From contig CAYRLY010000001.1 of the NCBI GenBank assembly GCA_964425445.1, positions 5,537 through 69,536 of the forward strand: a stretch of DNA of 64,000 nt, read 5' to 3'. Origin of the DNA: an uncultured Candidatus Saccharibacteria bacterium. GTDB lineage: Bacteria > Patescibacteriota > UBA1384 > XYA2-FULL-43-10 > CAINNR01. The position numbers and the translations under genes were made by a program. Positions 44,818-54,356 of this stretch are shown one piece after another (the stretch's first letter is position 1; every line of letters begins with the position of its first letter). The notes beneath the pieces are model-generated. The model was not told the origin of the DNA. It did not search any database and saw nothing but the letters and a program-made list of their open reading frames with translations.

Positions 44818-45039
44818 ATGACTGAGAGCTATTTTCAAATTTTACAAATTATTTTCGCGATTTTGGTGGTAATTTTAATATTATTGCAACAGCAAGGAAG
44901 CGGACTCGGTTCTGCTTTTGGTGGCGAGGGGAATTACTATCGTTCGAAAAGAGGATTAGAAAAGGTATTTTTTTACTTAACCATAGTGTTAATTGTGCTT
45001 TTTGCGGCCTCGGTCATAGTCCCCCTGTTTTTGAACTAA
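44818..45039 (+). CDS. secG: preprotein translocase subunit SecG
   Basis: Two TM helices flanking LLQQQGSGLGSAFGG. Confidence 0.8.
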   Translation: MTESYFQILQIIFAILVVILILLQQQGSGLGSAFGGEGNYYRSKRGLEKVFFYLTIVLIVLFAASVIVPLFLN

Positions 45040-45054
45040 TCTCCAGAGGAGAAA

Positions 45055-46629
45055 ATGTCTAACATCAACGATTTTTGGGGGTCGGCAAAAGAGAGATTGA
45101 AGCCGAAAAGAAAAATTTCAATTCGACCGAAAATAGATTACAAAAATAAAATTCTCCCTGTTTTAAGCCGATTTTCCAGCTGGTTAAAATCTTTTATTGT
45201 TCGCATTTCCCGCTTACCGTTTGTTCTTAGTCGCAGGGATAGGTTGATAGTTTTAGTGTTATTTGTTGTGCTTTCAGGATTGATTGGCTATCGTTTTTAT
45301 CGGGAGTATCTAATTAAAACTGAAATTGTGCCAGCTATTGGCGGAACATTTGAAGAAATTCTTATTGGCGAAGCAAACTATTTAAACCCGATTTTGGCGA
45401 AAAATGACACCGACAGAATTATTAATGGTTTGATTTACTCTGGCCTAACGAAAATTGATAGCTCGGGGAGCATTGCACCGGATTTGGCTACTAAATGGGA
45501 AATTACTGATGAGAATAAAACTTATACTTTTCATCTTCGCGATGATGTAAACTGGCATGACGGGATGAAGCTTTCAGCAAACGATGTGGCCTATACAATC
45601 GAGGAAATTAAAGATCAAAATATTAAAAGTCCTTATTTTCAAGCCTGGGAAGACGTGAAAGTTGAAATACCTGATGATCTAACGGTGGTTTTTCGTTTAG
45701 AGAATCCATATGGACCATTTATTTATAATACTCTGGTTGGAATCATTCCCGCGCACATTGATAGCTCAACAATTTCATCATCCCCCGTTGGCACTGGTCC
45801 ATTTAAATTTTCGAAAGCGGTTTCTGATAAAAACAAAAAAATCCAAGAAGTGTTATTGGCGAGGAATGATAATTATTGGTTGGATAAGTATTATATAAAA
45901 AATATTAAATTTCATATCGTTTCTGATGAGAAAAATGCTGAAAAGAAATTTCGGTCAAAAAATATCTCTGCAGTTGCAAATTTACGAATAGAGAGAGAAG
46001 GGACTAAAGATTATTCTTTCCCGACCTCGCGTCATTTTGCTTTGTTATTTAACCTGACTTCCGAAAAATTTAAAGATGAAGCTTTGAGAAAAAAAATCAA
46101 ATCTGAGGAAAACTTTGATCCAAAATTTGAAATGACTTTAACAATACTCGATAGGCCGCTCTATGCGGCTCAAGCCGAGAAGATTAAAAATGACTTTCTT
46201 GACCGAGGTATTGAAATTAATATTGATAAACGCTCGCCGATCGAGTTTCAAACCGTGATTGAGAAAAGACAGTTTGAATCTATGCTTTACGGTTTTGATC
46301 CTGGCTATGACCGCGATCCGTATCCGTTTTGGCATACAAGCGAGATAAATGGCGGGATGAATTATTCCGGTTTTTCAGAGAAAAATGCTGATATCCTTCT
46401 TGAAGATGCGAGAATGACTGTTGACCCAGCGATTAGAAATCAAAAATATGATGAATTTATGAATATTATCAACGAGAAAGTACCGGCGATTTTTTATCAG
46501 AATCAAGACTTTATTTTTTCCGTCAAAGATACGGTAAAAGGAATCGAAAAAATTGACGGTGACGAACCCTGGGATCATCTAAATTCAATTCGAGACTGGT
46601 ATATTAAAACCAAGAGAGTAAAACCATAA
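45055..46629 (+). CDS. ABC transporter substrate-binding protein, family 5 (oligopeptide/nickel type), membrane-anchored
   Basis: N-terminal TM anchor; SBP_bac_5-like architecture. Homology is judged by eye. Confidence 0.55.
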   Translation: MSNINDFWGSAKERLKPKRKISIRPKIDYKNKILPVLSRFSSWLKSFIVRISRLPFVLSRRDRLIVLVLFVVLSGLIGYRFYREYLIKTEIVPAIGGTFEEILIGEANYLNPILAKNDTDRIINGLIYSGLTKIDSSGSIAPDLATKWEITDENKTYTFHLRDDVNWHDGMKLSANDVAYTIEEIKDQNIKSPYFQAWEDVKVEIPDDLTVVFRLENPYGPFIYNTLVGIIPAHIDSSTISSSPVGTGPFKFSKAVSDKNKKIQEVLLARNDNYWLDKYYIKNIKFHIVSDEKNAEKKFRSKNISAVANLRIEREGTKDYSFPTSRHFALLFNLTSEKFKDEALRKKIKSEENFDPKFEMTLTILDRPLYAAQAEKIKNDFLDRGIEINIDKRSPIEFQTVIEKRQFESMLYGFDPGYDRDPYPFWHTSEINGGMNYSGFSEKNADILLEDARMTVDPAIRNQKYDEFMNIINEKVPAIFYQNQDFIFSVKDTVKGIEKIDGDEPWDHLNSIRDWYIKTKRVKP

Positions 46630-46647
46630 TTTATTTTGTGGAAATAG

Positions 46648-46734
46648 GGGCGAATGGTGGAATTGGTAGACACGCAGCGTTCAGAACGCTGTGGCCGCAA
46701 GGTCGTGGAGGTTCAAGTCCTCTTTCGCCCACCA
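46648..46734 (+). tRNA. tRNA-Leu (anticodon CAG)
   Basis: 87-nt cloverleaf with acceptor gggcgaa/ttcgccc, anticodon loop uuCAGaa and long variable arm. Confidence 0.85.
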
Positions 46735-46758
46735 AATTTTAGAAAAGTAATAGGACTT

Positions 46759-46848
46759 GAAAGCCGGAGTCCGCCATGGCGGACGAGGCGGGGTCGACGA
46801 ATTCGCCAGCAGACGAATATCGGTGACCAAGTCCTCTTTCGCCCACCA
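46759..46848 (+). other. conserved GC-rich structured element (copy B) ending in a 21-nt direct repeat of the tRNA-Leu(CAG) 3' end
   Basis: gaaagccggag + tccgccatggcgga hairpin + gaggcggggtcga + hairpin with a CAGCAG loop + gtgacc + caagtcctctttcgcccacca (identical to 46714-46734). Shares its core and hairpin architecture with copy A at 39204-39292. Confidence 0.6.
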
Positions 46849-46955
46849 AGCTTTACATTTAAATTGAATTTTGTTAAGATACAGACAATAAAATCATTAA
46901 ACTAGCTTGAATAAGAATAATTATTATCTCGGGCTAGTTCCGGGATTTTTTGTTC

Positions 46956-47032
46956 GGGCGATTAGCTCAGCTGGTTAGAGCGCCTCGTTTACACCGAGGA
47001 GGTCGCGGGTTCGATCCCCCCATCGCCCACCA
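46956..47032 (+). tRNA. tRNA-Val (anticodon TAC)
   Basis: gggcgattagctcagctggttagagcgcctcgtttTACaccgaggaggtcgcgggttcgatcccccatcgcccacca. Confidence 0.85.
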
Positions 47033-47033
47033 T

Positions 47034-47120
47034 GCCGAGGTGGTGGAATTGGTAGACACGCAGCCTTGAGGTGGCTGTGCCCGCAAGGGCGTGGAGGTTC
47101 AAGTCCTCTCTTCGGCACCA
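47034..47120 (+). tRNA. tRNA-Leu (anticodon GAG)
   Basis: 87-nt cloverleaf, 1 nt after tRNA-Val, with acceptor gccgagg/cttcggc and anticodon loop uuGAGgu. Confidence 0.85.
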
Positions 47121-47163
47121 TTCAACTCGCACTGCTCGCTCATGGCAGGCCAAAAATTTATTT

Positions 47164-47556
47164 ATGCCAGATAACTTTTTTACAACTGAATATCTTTTTG
47201 CAACAGTTGCACCGACAAACAAAGTCACTTTTTTTGTTCTTCTTGGTGCCTACGTTATTTTTATTGTTTTGGCATATTTGACCAGCATCAATAAAAAAAT
47301 GCACAAACAGCTCAAAGCCTGGGTTTTTAACTATTTTTTAACTCTTGGCACAGTCGGTGTAATAATTTCATTTTTCCGTTCACAAAGTATACCTTATCTT
47401 GGAAGCAGATTCGCGATGTTGGTAGTTATTTTCACGGCGATTATCTGGTATTTTGCGATTGTTTTTTACACACTGTTTAAAATGCCCAACGAAGTAAAAA
47501 TGACTAAAAACGAAGAAACTTATCAGAAATATTTACCGAAGAAAAAAAATAAATGA
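47164..47556 (+). CDS. small membrane protein (130 aa), hypothetical
   Basis: Start at ATG 47164. The ORF track start at 47071 lies inside tRNA-Leu and is rejected. Three or four TM helices. Confidence 0.4.
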   Translation: MPDNFFTTEYLFATVAPTNKVTFFVLLGAYVIFIVLAYLTSINKKMHKQLKAWVFNYFLTLGTVGVIISFFRSQSIPYLGSRFAMLVVIFTAIIWYFAIVFYTLFKMPNEVKMTKNEETYQKYLPKKKNK

Positions 47557-47580
47557 TTTTTTTAGAAAGGAATAATTAAG

Positions 47581-48843
47581 ATGGCAGAAGAAAAGAAAAA
47601 GGCAGTTAAAAAGATTGAAGAAACCGAACAAAAAGAGGAAATGGTAAAAAAAGAGAAAACAAAAAAAGAAAATGTTGATTCGATGGAGAGTCTGATTGAA
47701 AAGGCTGGTGATTCTCTGCTCCCGTATCGCGAGGGCGAGATTGTCGATGCCAAAGTTTTGTCCGTGAGTCGTAACAAAATTTGGGTTGATGTCCAAGGAT
47801 TATCTTTGGGTTATGTGCCGGAAAAAGAGATAACGCTAAACTCTGATATAAAAGTTGGCGATACGATAACTTCCTATGTTATCTTGCTCGAAGACGAAGA
47901 TGGTAATGTGGTCTTGTCTTTGAAGCGGGCTGATCGAGAAAAATACTGGAAAGATATGGAAGAGCGATACAAAACTGGTGAGCCAGTCGAGATTACTGTA
48001 AACGAGGCTAATAAAGGTGGCTTGATTTCAGAGATCGGTGGAATACCAGGATTTTTGCCTGTTTCTCAGCTCTCTCCTGAACACTATCCAAGAGTCAGTG
48101 GTGGTGATCGCGAAGAGATTCTTTCCAGGCTCTCTAAATTGATTGGTGAAAAAATTTATGTCAAAGTAATAAATTGCGATAAAGCAAGCAATAAGTTGAT
48201 CTTTTCGGAAAAAGCCGTTGACGCTGAAAAATTAGCTTCAAAGATAGAAAAATATAAAGTTGGGGATGCAGTAGAGGGCAAAATTTCTGGTATCGTTGAT
48301 TTTGGTCTCTTTGTAAAAATTGATCCTTTGGTTGAAGGTTTAGTCCATATTTCTGAGGTTTCTTGGTCAAGAATTTCCGACCTAAATAAGGAATTTAAGG
48401 TTGGCGATTCTGTCAAAGTTATGGTGATCGCTATTGATGACGGTCGTCTTTCTTTATCATTGAAAAAATTAACTCCAGATCCTTGGGTGAAAGCTGCCGG
48501 CAAATATAAAGTCGGGGATTTAGTTAAGGGCGAAATCACTAAAATTACTCCATATGGCGCTTTTGTTTCTTTGGATGATCAAATTGATGGTCTTGTTCAC
48601 GTTTCCGAGCTTTCTGATCAGCACGTGATTGATCCTGGACAGGTTGTTGAGCTGGGCAAAACCTATGAATTTAAAATAATTTCCATCGAGCCAGATATTC
48701 ATCGTCTGGGCTTAAGCCTCAAAGCGCTTTCTGGCAAAAGTAAGGAAGAAAAAAAGGGAAAAGAAGAAGTAATTGTTGAGCCGGAAGCTAAAACCGAGAA
48801 CAAAAAAGCTAAAAAAGAAACAAAAAAGAGTATTAAAAAATAA
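47581..48843 (+). CDS. rpsA: 30S ribosomal protein S1 (four S1 domains) with Lys/Glu-rich N- and C-terminal extensions
   Basis: Repeated S1 OB-fold motifs (GEIVDAKVLSV..., GDAVEGKISGIVDFGLFVKI..., GDLVKGEITKITPYGAFVSL...). Confidence 0.8.
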   Translation: MAEEKKKAVKKIEETEQKEEMVKKEKTKKENVDSMESLIEKAGDSLLPYREGEIVDAKVLSVSRNKIWVDVQGLSLGYVPEKEITLNSDIKVGDTITSYVILLEDEDGNVVLSLKRADREKYWKDMEERYKTGEPVEITVNEANKGGLISEIGGIPGFLPVSQLSPEHYPRVSGGDREEILSRLSKLIGEKIYVKVINCDKASNKLIFSEKAVDAEKLASKIEKYKVGDAVEGKISGIVDFGLFVKIDPLVEGLVHISEVSWSRISDLNKEFKVGDSVKVMVIAIDDGRLSLSLKKLTPDPWVKAAGKYKVGDLVKGEITKITPYGAFVSLDDQIDGLVHVSELSDQHVIDPGQVVELGKTYEFKIISIEPDIHRLGLSLKALSGKSKEEKKGKEEVIVEPEAKTENKKAKKETKKSIKK

Positions 48844-48856
48844 GTGAGGAATAAAA

Positions 48857-49339
48857 ATGATAATAAGTTATCTGGGTAGTGAAAAATTTAAAATCAAGAC
48901 TAAAGATGCAGAGATTTTATTAAGCGATGGAAAGATAGAGATCGACGGCTTTGTCATCGATTGCCCTGGCGAATATGAAAGGAAAAACATCTTCGTTGAA
49001 TCGCCGATAGATAAACCAGCATACAAACTTTTTGTCGAAGAGGTCAAAATGTTGTATCTGGGGAAGGTAAAAAGTTTGACTGATCGTGAGGTGGAAGAAA
49101 TTGACGGAATTGATCTAATTTTTCTTCCAGGCGGTTCTGAGAATTCTATGGATTTGAAAAATGCTCTCGACCTTGCTGCTACACTTGAACCGGGGATAAT
49201 AATTCCAATGCTTTATGAAAGCATGGAATCTTTGCAAAAAGAAGGAATTGAAGGGGAAATTGTTAAATCAGCAAAGATTGGTAAATCTTCTATACCCGAA
49301 GAAGGCAAAATGGTTGTTATTCTCGAGAAGAATAATTAA
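48857..49339 (+). CDS. hypothetical protein (160 aa)
   Basis: ORF track; no confident motif. Confidence 0.35.
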   Translation: MIISYLGSEKFKIKTKDAEILLSDGKIEIDGFVIDCPGEYERKNIFVESPIDKPAYKLFVEEVKMLYLGKVKSLTDREVEEIDGIDLIFLPGGSENSMDLKNALDLAATLEPGIIIPMLYESMESLQKEGIEGEIVKSAKIGKSSIPEEGKMVVILEKNN

Positions 49340-49357
49340 GACTAGCTTTAAACTTAA

Positions 49358-50323
49358 ATGTCTTCTATCAACAAGTTCATTTCTCACATAAAAGAGGAAA
49401 AAAACGACAATTTTCTTTTGATCGCTCATGAACGTCCCGACGGCGATACAATATCTGCTGTTCTATCTTTAAGGTCGATGATCCTTTCTTATAAAAAGAA
49501 AGTTCATCCCGCATCTTCGCAAGGTGTGCCTGAAGTTTTCCGTTTTCTTGACGGCTGGAATCATATCAAGGAAGATTTTTTAACTGGTGATTTTCAAACG
49601 ATTGTTTTGGTTGATAATGGTGATCTGAAAAGGACCGGCTATATGAGTCGAATTATAGCTGCCAAAAAGAGCGGGGCAACGATCGTAAATATTGATCATC
49701 ATCCAAAAAATGACATCTGGAAATTGGCAAATATTAATATTGTCGATGAAAAAGCTTCTTCTACCTGCGAGATTGTTTATAATATTTTTAAGCATGCTGG
49801 TATGCAAATAAGTCACCAGGTGGCGACTGCTCTTCTAACGGGAATTTACACTGACACTGGTGGTTTCCAGCATGCGACAACAACGGCAAAAACGCTTGGA
49901 ATTGCTTCGGATCTTATGAGTCTGGGGGCAAAATTAAAAAAAATTTCTGGCAACATCAGCAATTTTAAAAGTGTCTCGATGCTTAAACTTTGGGGCGTCG
50001 TATTAAATCGCATGGTATCCAGGTCAGACCTCGGACTAATATATTCGGTTATCACTAGAGATGACATTCAAAAATGCCAGGCCAAAGAGGAGGATTTAGC
50101 CGGAGTTGTAAATTTAATTGCAGCTATACCTGATGAGAGGGCTTCGCTCTTGCTATACGAGCTTCCAAATGGTAAAATCAAGGGTAGTTTACGCACAGAA
50201 AATAACGAGGTTGATGTTTCTCAAATTGCCTCGCTTTTTGGTGGCGGTGGTCACAAGCGAGCCTCAGGATTTGAGATTGATGGACGATTGCGACAGACAA
50301 AAGATGGTTGGGAAGTAGTTTAA
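49358..50323 (+). CDS. nrnA: DHH/DHHA1-family phosphoesterase (NrnA-like nanoRNase / pAp phosphatase)
   Basis: HERPDGDTISA, LVDNGD and DHHP motifs plus the C-terminal GGGH motif of DHHA1. Confidence 0.8.
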   Translation: MSSINKFISHIKEEKNDNFLLIAHERPDGDTISAVLSLRSMILSYKKKVHPASSQGVPEVFRFLDGWNHIKEDFLTGDFQTIVLVDNGDLKRTGYMSRIIAAKKSGATIVNIDHHPKNDIWKLANINIVDEKASSTCEIVYNIFKHAGMQISHQVATALLTGIYTDTGGFQHATTTAKTLGIASDLMSLGAKLKKISGNISNFKSVSMLKLWGVVLNRMVSRSDLGLIYSVITRDDIQKCQAKEEDLAGVVNLIAAIPDERASLLLYELPNGKIKGSLRTENNEVDVSQIASLFGGGGHKRASGFEIDGRLRQTKDGWEVV

Positions 50324-50337
50324 ACAATAACAATTAT

Positions 50338-50425
50338 GCCCGAGTGGTGGAATTGGTAGACACGAAGGACTTAAAATCCTTTGGCCTAAAAAACCGTATC
50401 GGTTCGACTCCGGTCTCGGGCACCA
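50338..50425 (+). tRNA. tRNA-Leu (anticodon TAA)
   Basis: gcccgagtggtggaattggtagacacgaaggactTAAaatcctttggcctaaaaaaccgtatcggttcgactccggtctcgggcacca, followed by the aaaaaacagaagaaattctgttttttt terminator. Confidence 0.85.
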
Positions 50426-50480
50426 AAAAAAACAGAAGAAATTCTGTTTTTTTGTTTTTTATTATGTTACAATTATCTCA

Positions 50481-51161
50481 ATGATAAAAATTAGATCTGC
50501 GATAAAAACTCTAATTGTTTCTTTTGTTTTAGTTGTGGTAGTTGTCGCCGGCTATTTTTATTTACCGGGGGTTTTAGGTGATTCTGTCTTTCCGCTTGAA
50601 TATGAGGATACGATTAAAAAATGGTGCAAGAAATACAACGAAGACCCGTTTTTGGTCGCTGGTATAATTATGCAGGAATCTGGGTTTAACCCACAAGCCA
50701 AGTCTTATGCTGGTGCAATGGGAATTATGCAAATAATGCCGACTACTGGAATGAGTATCGCCAAGGGTGTCGGGATAACAAATTTTTCAACTGATATGCT
50801 TTATAATCCGGAAATTGCGATACAAATGGGGACTTGGCATATCCATGTTTTGAAAGAAAAATATGGTGGTAGCGTGCCGGCTGTACTAGCTGCTTATAAT
50901 GCCGGAACTGGTAATGCTGACAAGTGGATTAGAATGGGAATTTTGAATGATCTTCCTTACGGCGAAACTCGAAAATATGTTGCTAATGTTCAGGAATATA
51001 TGCAAGTTTATCACAAACTTTATCAGGATCGCTTGGAGTTGACTGATGAACCAGTGGGCGAACCGGTGCCAATTGTTAAAAAACAGGAAGAACCATCGAC
51101 TGCTGTTGTTTGGGGGCGAATGTTGAAAGAATTGGTAAACGTCTTTTATAACGTTGAATAG
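50481..51161 (+). CDS. lytic transglycosylase (SLT domain), membrane-anchored
   Basis: N-terminal TM; SLT motifs AGIIMQESGFNPQAKSYAGAMGIMQIMP and AYNAG. Confidence 0.8.
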   Translation: MIKIRSAIKTLIVSFVLVVVVVAGYFYLPGVLGDSVFPLEYEDTIKKWCKKYNEDPFLVAGIIMQESGFNPQAKSYAGAMGIMQIMPTTGMSIAKGVGITNFSTDMLYNPEIAIQMGTWHIHVLKEKYGGSVPAVLAAYNAGTGNADKWIRMGILNDLPYGETRKYVANVQEYMQVYHKLYQDRLELTDEPVGEPVPIVKKQEEPSTAVVWGRMLKELVNVFYNVE

Positions 51162-51163
51162 AG

Positions 51164-53056
51164 ATGAAATCGGGTGAATTAAGAGAAAAATTTCTGAAAT
51201 TCTTTGAGGAGCGGGGTCACAAGGTGATCCCTTCTGCTTCTTTAGTGCCGGAAAACGATCCTTCGGTTCTTTTTACAACCGCCGGAATGCACCCACTAGT
51301 TCCATATCTTCTGGGCGAAAAACATCCTTTGGGCAATAAACTTTGTAATGTCCAGAAATGTTTGCGAACAGACGACATTGATGAAGTCGGAGATATGCAA
51401 CACTGTACATACTTTGAAATGCTAGGTTATTGGTCGCTCGGCGATTATTTTAAGAAAGAATCAATCCACTATACTTTTGATTTTTATACTCAAATACTCG
51501 GGTTCAATAAGGATGACATTTCCGTCACCGTTTTCGCAGGTGACGATGACGCGCCTTTTGATCAAGAATCATTTGATACTTGGAAAAACGAAATTGAAAT
51601 TCCAGAAGATAGGATTTACAAATATAATCGGAAAGATAACTGGTGGGGCCCTGTTGGCAATACTGGCCCATGCGGACCTTGCACAGAAATGTTTGTTGAT
51701 ACTGGCATAGATGCGTGTGGTCCAGATTGTGGGCCAAGTTGTAACTGCGATAAATTCGTTGAGATTGGCAACAATGTTTTTATGGAGTACAACAAAACTG
51801 CAGATGGCAATTTTGAGCCACTGACACAAAAAAATGTTGATGTTGGACTTGGCTTAGAGCGTTTAGCGATGTTTTCGCAAAAAAAGGATGATGTTTTTCA
51901 GATTGATACTTTTGAACCAATTATAAAGAAAATAGAGGAGCTATCAGGAAAAACATATAAGGGCAACGAAAAGGCTTTTCGAATAATTGCAGATCATTCT
52001 CGAGCCGCTGTTTTCGCAATTGGAGACGGGGCAGTTCCATCAAATAAGGGTACGGGTTACATTGTCCGCAGGCTGATCCGCCGAGCGATTAGATATTCTT
52101 GGCTCTTGGGATATGAGGGTTCTTTAGCATCAATATTGGAACTGATTATTTCTGGAAGCTCGTATGAAATGCGAGAGGGAAAAACTATTAAAGATAAATT
52201 CAAAACAGAAGAGGAGCAGTTTTCAAAGATCATTGATAGTGGCTTAAAACAGGTTGAAAAGGTTTTTGCCAGCAAAACGCCGATTCCACAGAATGAATAT
52301 TCCAAGGTAATGCAGTTTCCAAATAGAAGAAATATACTCCGAGAGATTCACAGTCAGGAACCAAATGACCAAATCCATCCAGAATTCAAAAAAGCCGGAA
52401 TCAACATGACCAATCGGCAGATGCACGATGCTTACATTAGTGGGAAAGAAGGATTTGATCTTTATCAGACTTATGGTTTGCCGCATGAAATCTTGCTTGA
52501 TCTGGGTCAGAAAAGGCATTTATTTATTAGCATAAGAAACTTTGAAGCAGAACTAAAGAAACATCAGGATCTTTCTCGCACTGCTTCAGCCGGAATGTTT
52601 AAAGGTGGATTAGCTGATAATAAAGTTGAAACAATGCGACTACATACTGCGGCACATCTACTTTTAGCAGCGTTGCGTCAAGTTTTATCACCGGAGGTTT
52701 CGCAAAAAGGCTCAAACATTACCGAAGAGCGATTGCGGTTTGATTTTAATTGGCCTGAAAAATTATCGGTTGAACAAATCTCTGAAGTTGAAAAAATTGT
52801 CAATGAAAAAATTAGTGATGATTTGCCGGTTAAAATGGAAGAGATGAGTCTGGAAGAAGCGAAACAATCTGGAGCGACCGGCGTTTTTGATGATCGATAT
52901 GGCGAGAAAGTAAAAGTATACAGTATAGATAAATTCTCCTGCGAAATTTGCGGTGGTCCTCATGTCGAGGGAACTGGCGAGCTTGGTCATTTCAAAATTA
53001 TCAAAGAGGAATCTTCCTCTGCTGGTGTTCGCAGAATCAAGGCGATATTGGAATAG
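51164..53056 (+). CDS. alaS: alanyl-tRNA synthetase (compact, 630 aa, lacks the C-terminal C-Ala/oligomerisation region)
   Basis: FFEERGHKVIPSASLVP...FTTAGM...HCTYFEMLGYWSLGDYFK catalytic core; HTAAHLL / CGGPHV editing-domain zinc motifs. Confidence 0.88.
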   Translation: MKSGELREKFLKFFEERGHKVIPSASLVPENDPSVLFTTAGMHPLVPYLLGEKHPLGNKLCNVQKCLRTDDIDEVGDMQHCTYFEMLGYWSLGDYFKKESIHYTFDFYTQILGFNKDDISVTVFAGDDDAPFDQESFDTWKNEIEIPEDRIYKYNRKDNWWGPVGNTGPCGPCTEMFVDTGIDACGPDCGPSCNCDKFVEIGNNVFMEYNKTADGNFEPLTQKNVDVGLGLERLAMFSQKKDDVFQIDTFEPIIKKIEELSGKTYKGNEKAFRIIADHSRAAVFAIGDGAVPSNKGTGYIVRRLIRRAIRYSWLLGYEGSLASILELIISGSSYEMREGKTIKDKFKTEEEQFSKIIDSGLKQVEKVFASKTPIPQNEYSKVMQFPNRRNILREIHSQEPNDQIHPEFKKAGINMTNRQMHDAYISGKEGFDLYQTYGLPHEILLDLGQKRHLFISIRNFEAELKKHQDLSRTASAGMFKGGLADNKVETMRLHTAAHLLLAALRQVLSPEVSQKGSNITEERLRFDFNWPEKLSVEQISEVEKIVNEKISDDLPVKMEEMSLEEAKQSGATGVFDDRYGEKVKVYSIDKFSCEICGGPHVEGTGELGHFKIIKEESSSAGVRRIKAILE

Positions 53057-53107
53057 TTCTAAAATTTGCTATAATTTAATAAATGTCTGTTTTTGTAGTG
53101 GAGGGAT

Positions 53108-54352
53108 ATGGGACTCTGGAATTTTCGCAAAAAAAATAATTACGCACTTGCGCTCGATGTTGGGACTGAGTTTGTGAAGGCTTTGATATTTCGCATTGAC
53201 GACGATCAAGCTTCGGTTATCGGTGTTGGTCGCCAGCGTCAGCGATTATCCGACATGCAGGGCGGACGAGTAACTGATATCACTGGGGTGATTTCGAATT
53301 GTGAAAAAGCGCTAGATCAGGCAGCCGAGGAGGCTGGTGTTGCGCCGACACAGTGCGTCGTTGGCATTGCCGGAGAGCTGGTAAAAGGAACGACAACAAC
53401 GGTTCACTATCAGCGCCCAGCGCCGAAGTCAAAAGTCACTGTGGCGGAATTGAAAACAATAATTACTGAAGTTCAAAAGAAAGCTTTCGAAAAAACTAGA
53501 GCTAATCTGGTCTGGGAGACAGGATATTCAGAGATTGATGTTCGACTTGTTAATAGCGCAGTAGTTGATGTTAAAATCGATGGCTATAAGGTTACAAATC
53601 CAGTTGGTTTCCAAGGCCGCGATGTTTCTGTTGGGATATTTAATGCTTTTGCACCAGTTGTTCATTTAGGAGCGCTCCAAACCATTACTGAAGGACTGGG
53701 TCTTGATCTCCTAGGAGTAGTTGCTGAGCCATATGCAGTTGCTAGGAGTATGGGTATGGAAGAGTCGGTAGAATTTTCAGCAGTATTTATTGACATTGGT
53801 GGCGGAACAACTGATATTGCTGTTGTCAGCAACGGTGGAGTTGAGGGAACAAAGATGTTTGCTCTTGGTGGCCGAGTTTTCACTAAGCGGATTGCCAATG
53901 ATTTTGGCTTGTCATTCCAAGAAGCTGAGAAAATGAAGCTTATGTATTCAAATGAAGAAATTGATAAAAAACAACAAGAAAAAATTGTCAAATCTTTGGA
54001 TGGAGATTGCCAGGTTTGGCTCTCCGGGGTACAATTAGCACTGGAGGAGTTTTCAGGGATTGATCTTTTGCCATCAAGAATTCTTCTTTGTGGTGGTGGT
54101 TCAATGTTGCCGGATATTAAAAAATTACTTGAAGACTCTGATTGGGTGGAAGATCTGCCTTTTGCCAAGAAGCCGAAGGTCAGTTTTATCCACCCCAGAG
54201 ACGTTGCCAATGTTATTGACGAAACGCAAAGTCTTGATGATGCTCAGGACATCACTCCGATGGCCCTTGCTAATATGGCAATCGATCTCGCCGGTACTCC
54301 GTCTGTGATCACTGGTGCAATGGACAAAATAGTTGATTCTTTAAAGGAATAG
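53108..54352 (+). CDS. ftsA: cell division protein FtsA (actin-like ATPase)
   Basis: ALDVGTEFVKALIF (phosphate 1) and VFIDIGGGTTDIAVVSNGG (phosphate 2); SHS2-type insert. Confidence 0.8.
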   Translation: MGLWNFRKKNNYALALDVGTEFVKALIFRIDDDQASVIGVGRQRQRLSDMQGGRVTDITGVISNCEKALDQAAEEAGVAPTQCVVGIAGELVKGTTTTVHYQRPAPKSKVTVAELKTIITEVQKKAFEKTRANLVWETGYSEIDVRLVNSAVVDVKIDGYKVTNPVGFQGRDVSVGIFNAFAPVVHLGALQTITEGLGLDLLGVVAEPYAVARSMGMEESVEFSAVFIDIGGGTTDIAVVSNGGVEGTKMFALGGRVFTKRIANDFGLSFQEAEKMKLMYSNEEIDKKQQEKIVKSLDGDCQVWLSGVQLALEEFSGIDLLPSRILLCGGGSMLPDIKKLLEDSDWVEDLPFAKKPKVSFIHPRDVANVIDETQSLDDAQDITPMALANMAIDLAGTPSVITGAMDKIVDSLKE

Positions 54353-54356
54353 AAAT

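Noticed and set aside
46654-47556. ORFs 46654..46905 and 46989..47228, and the 47071 start of the small membrane protein
   Set aside because: They overlap tRNA-Leu(CAG), its associated element, tRNA-Val and tRNA-Leu(GAG). The small membrane protein is called only from ATG 47164.
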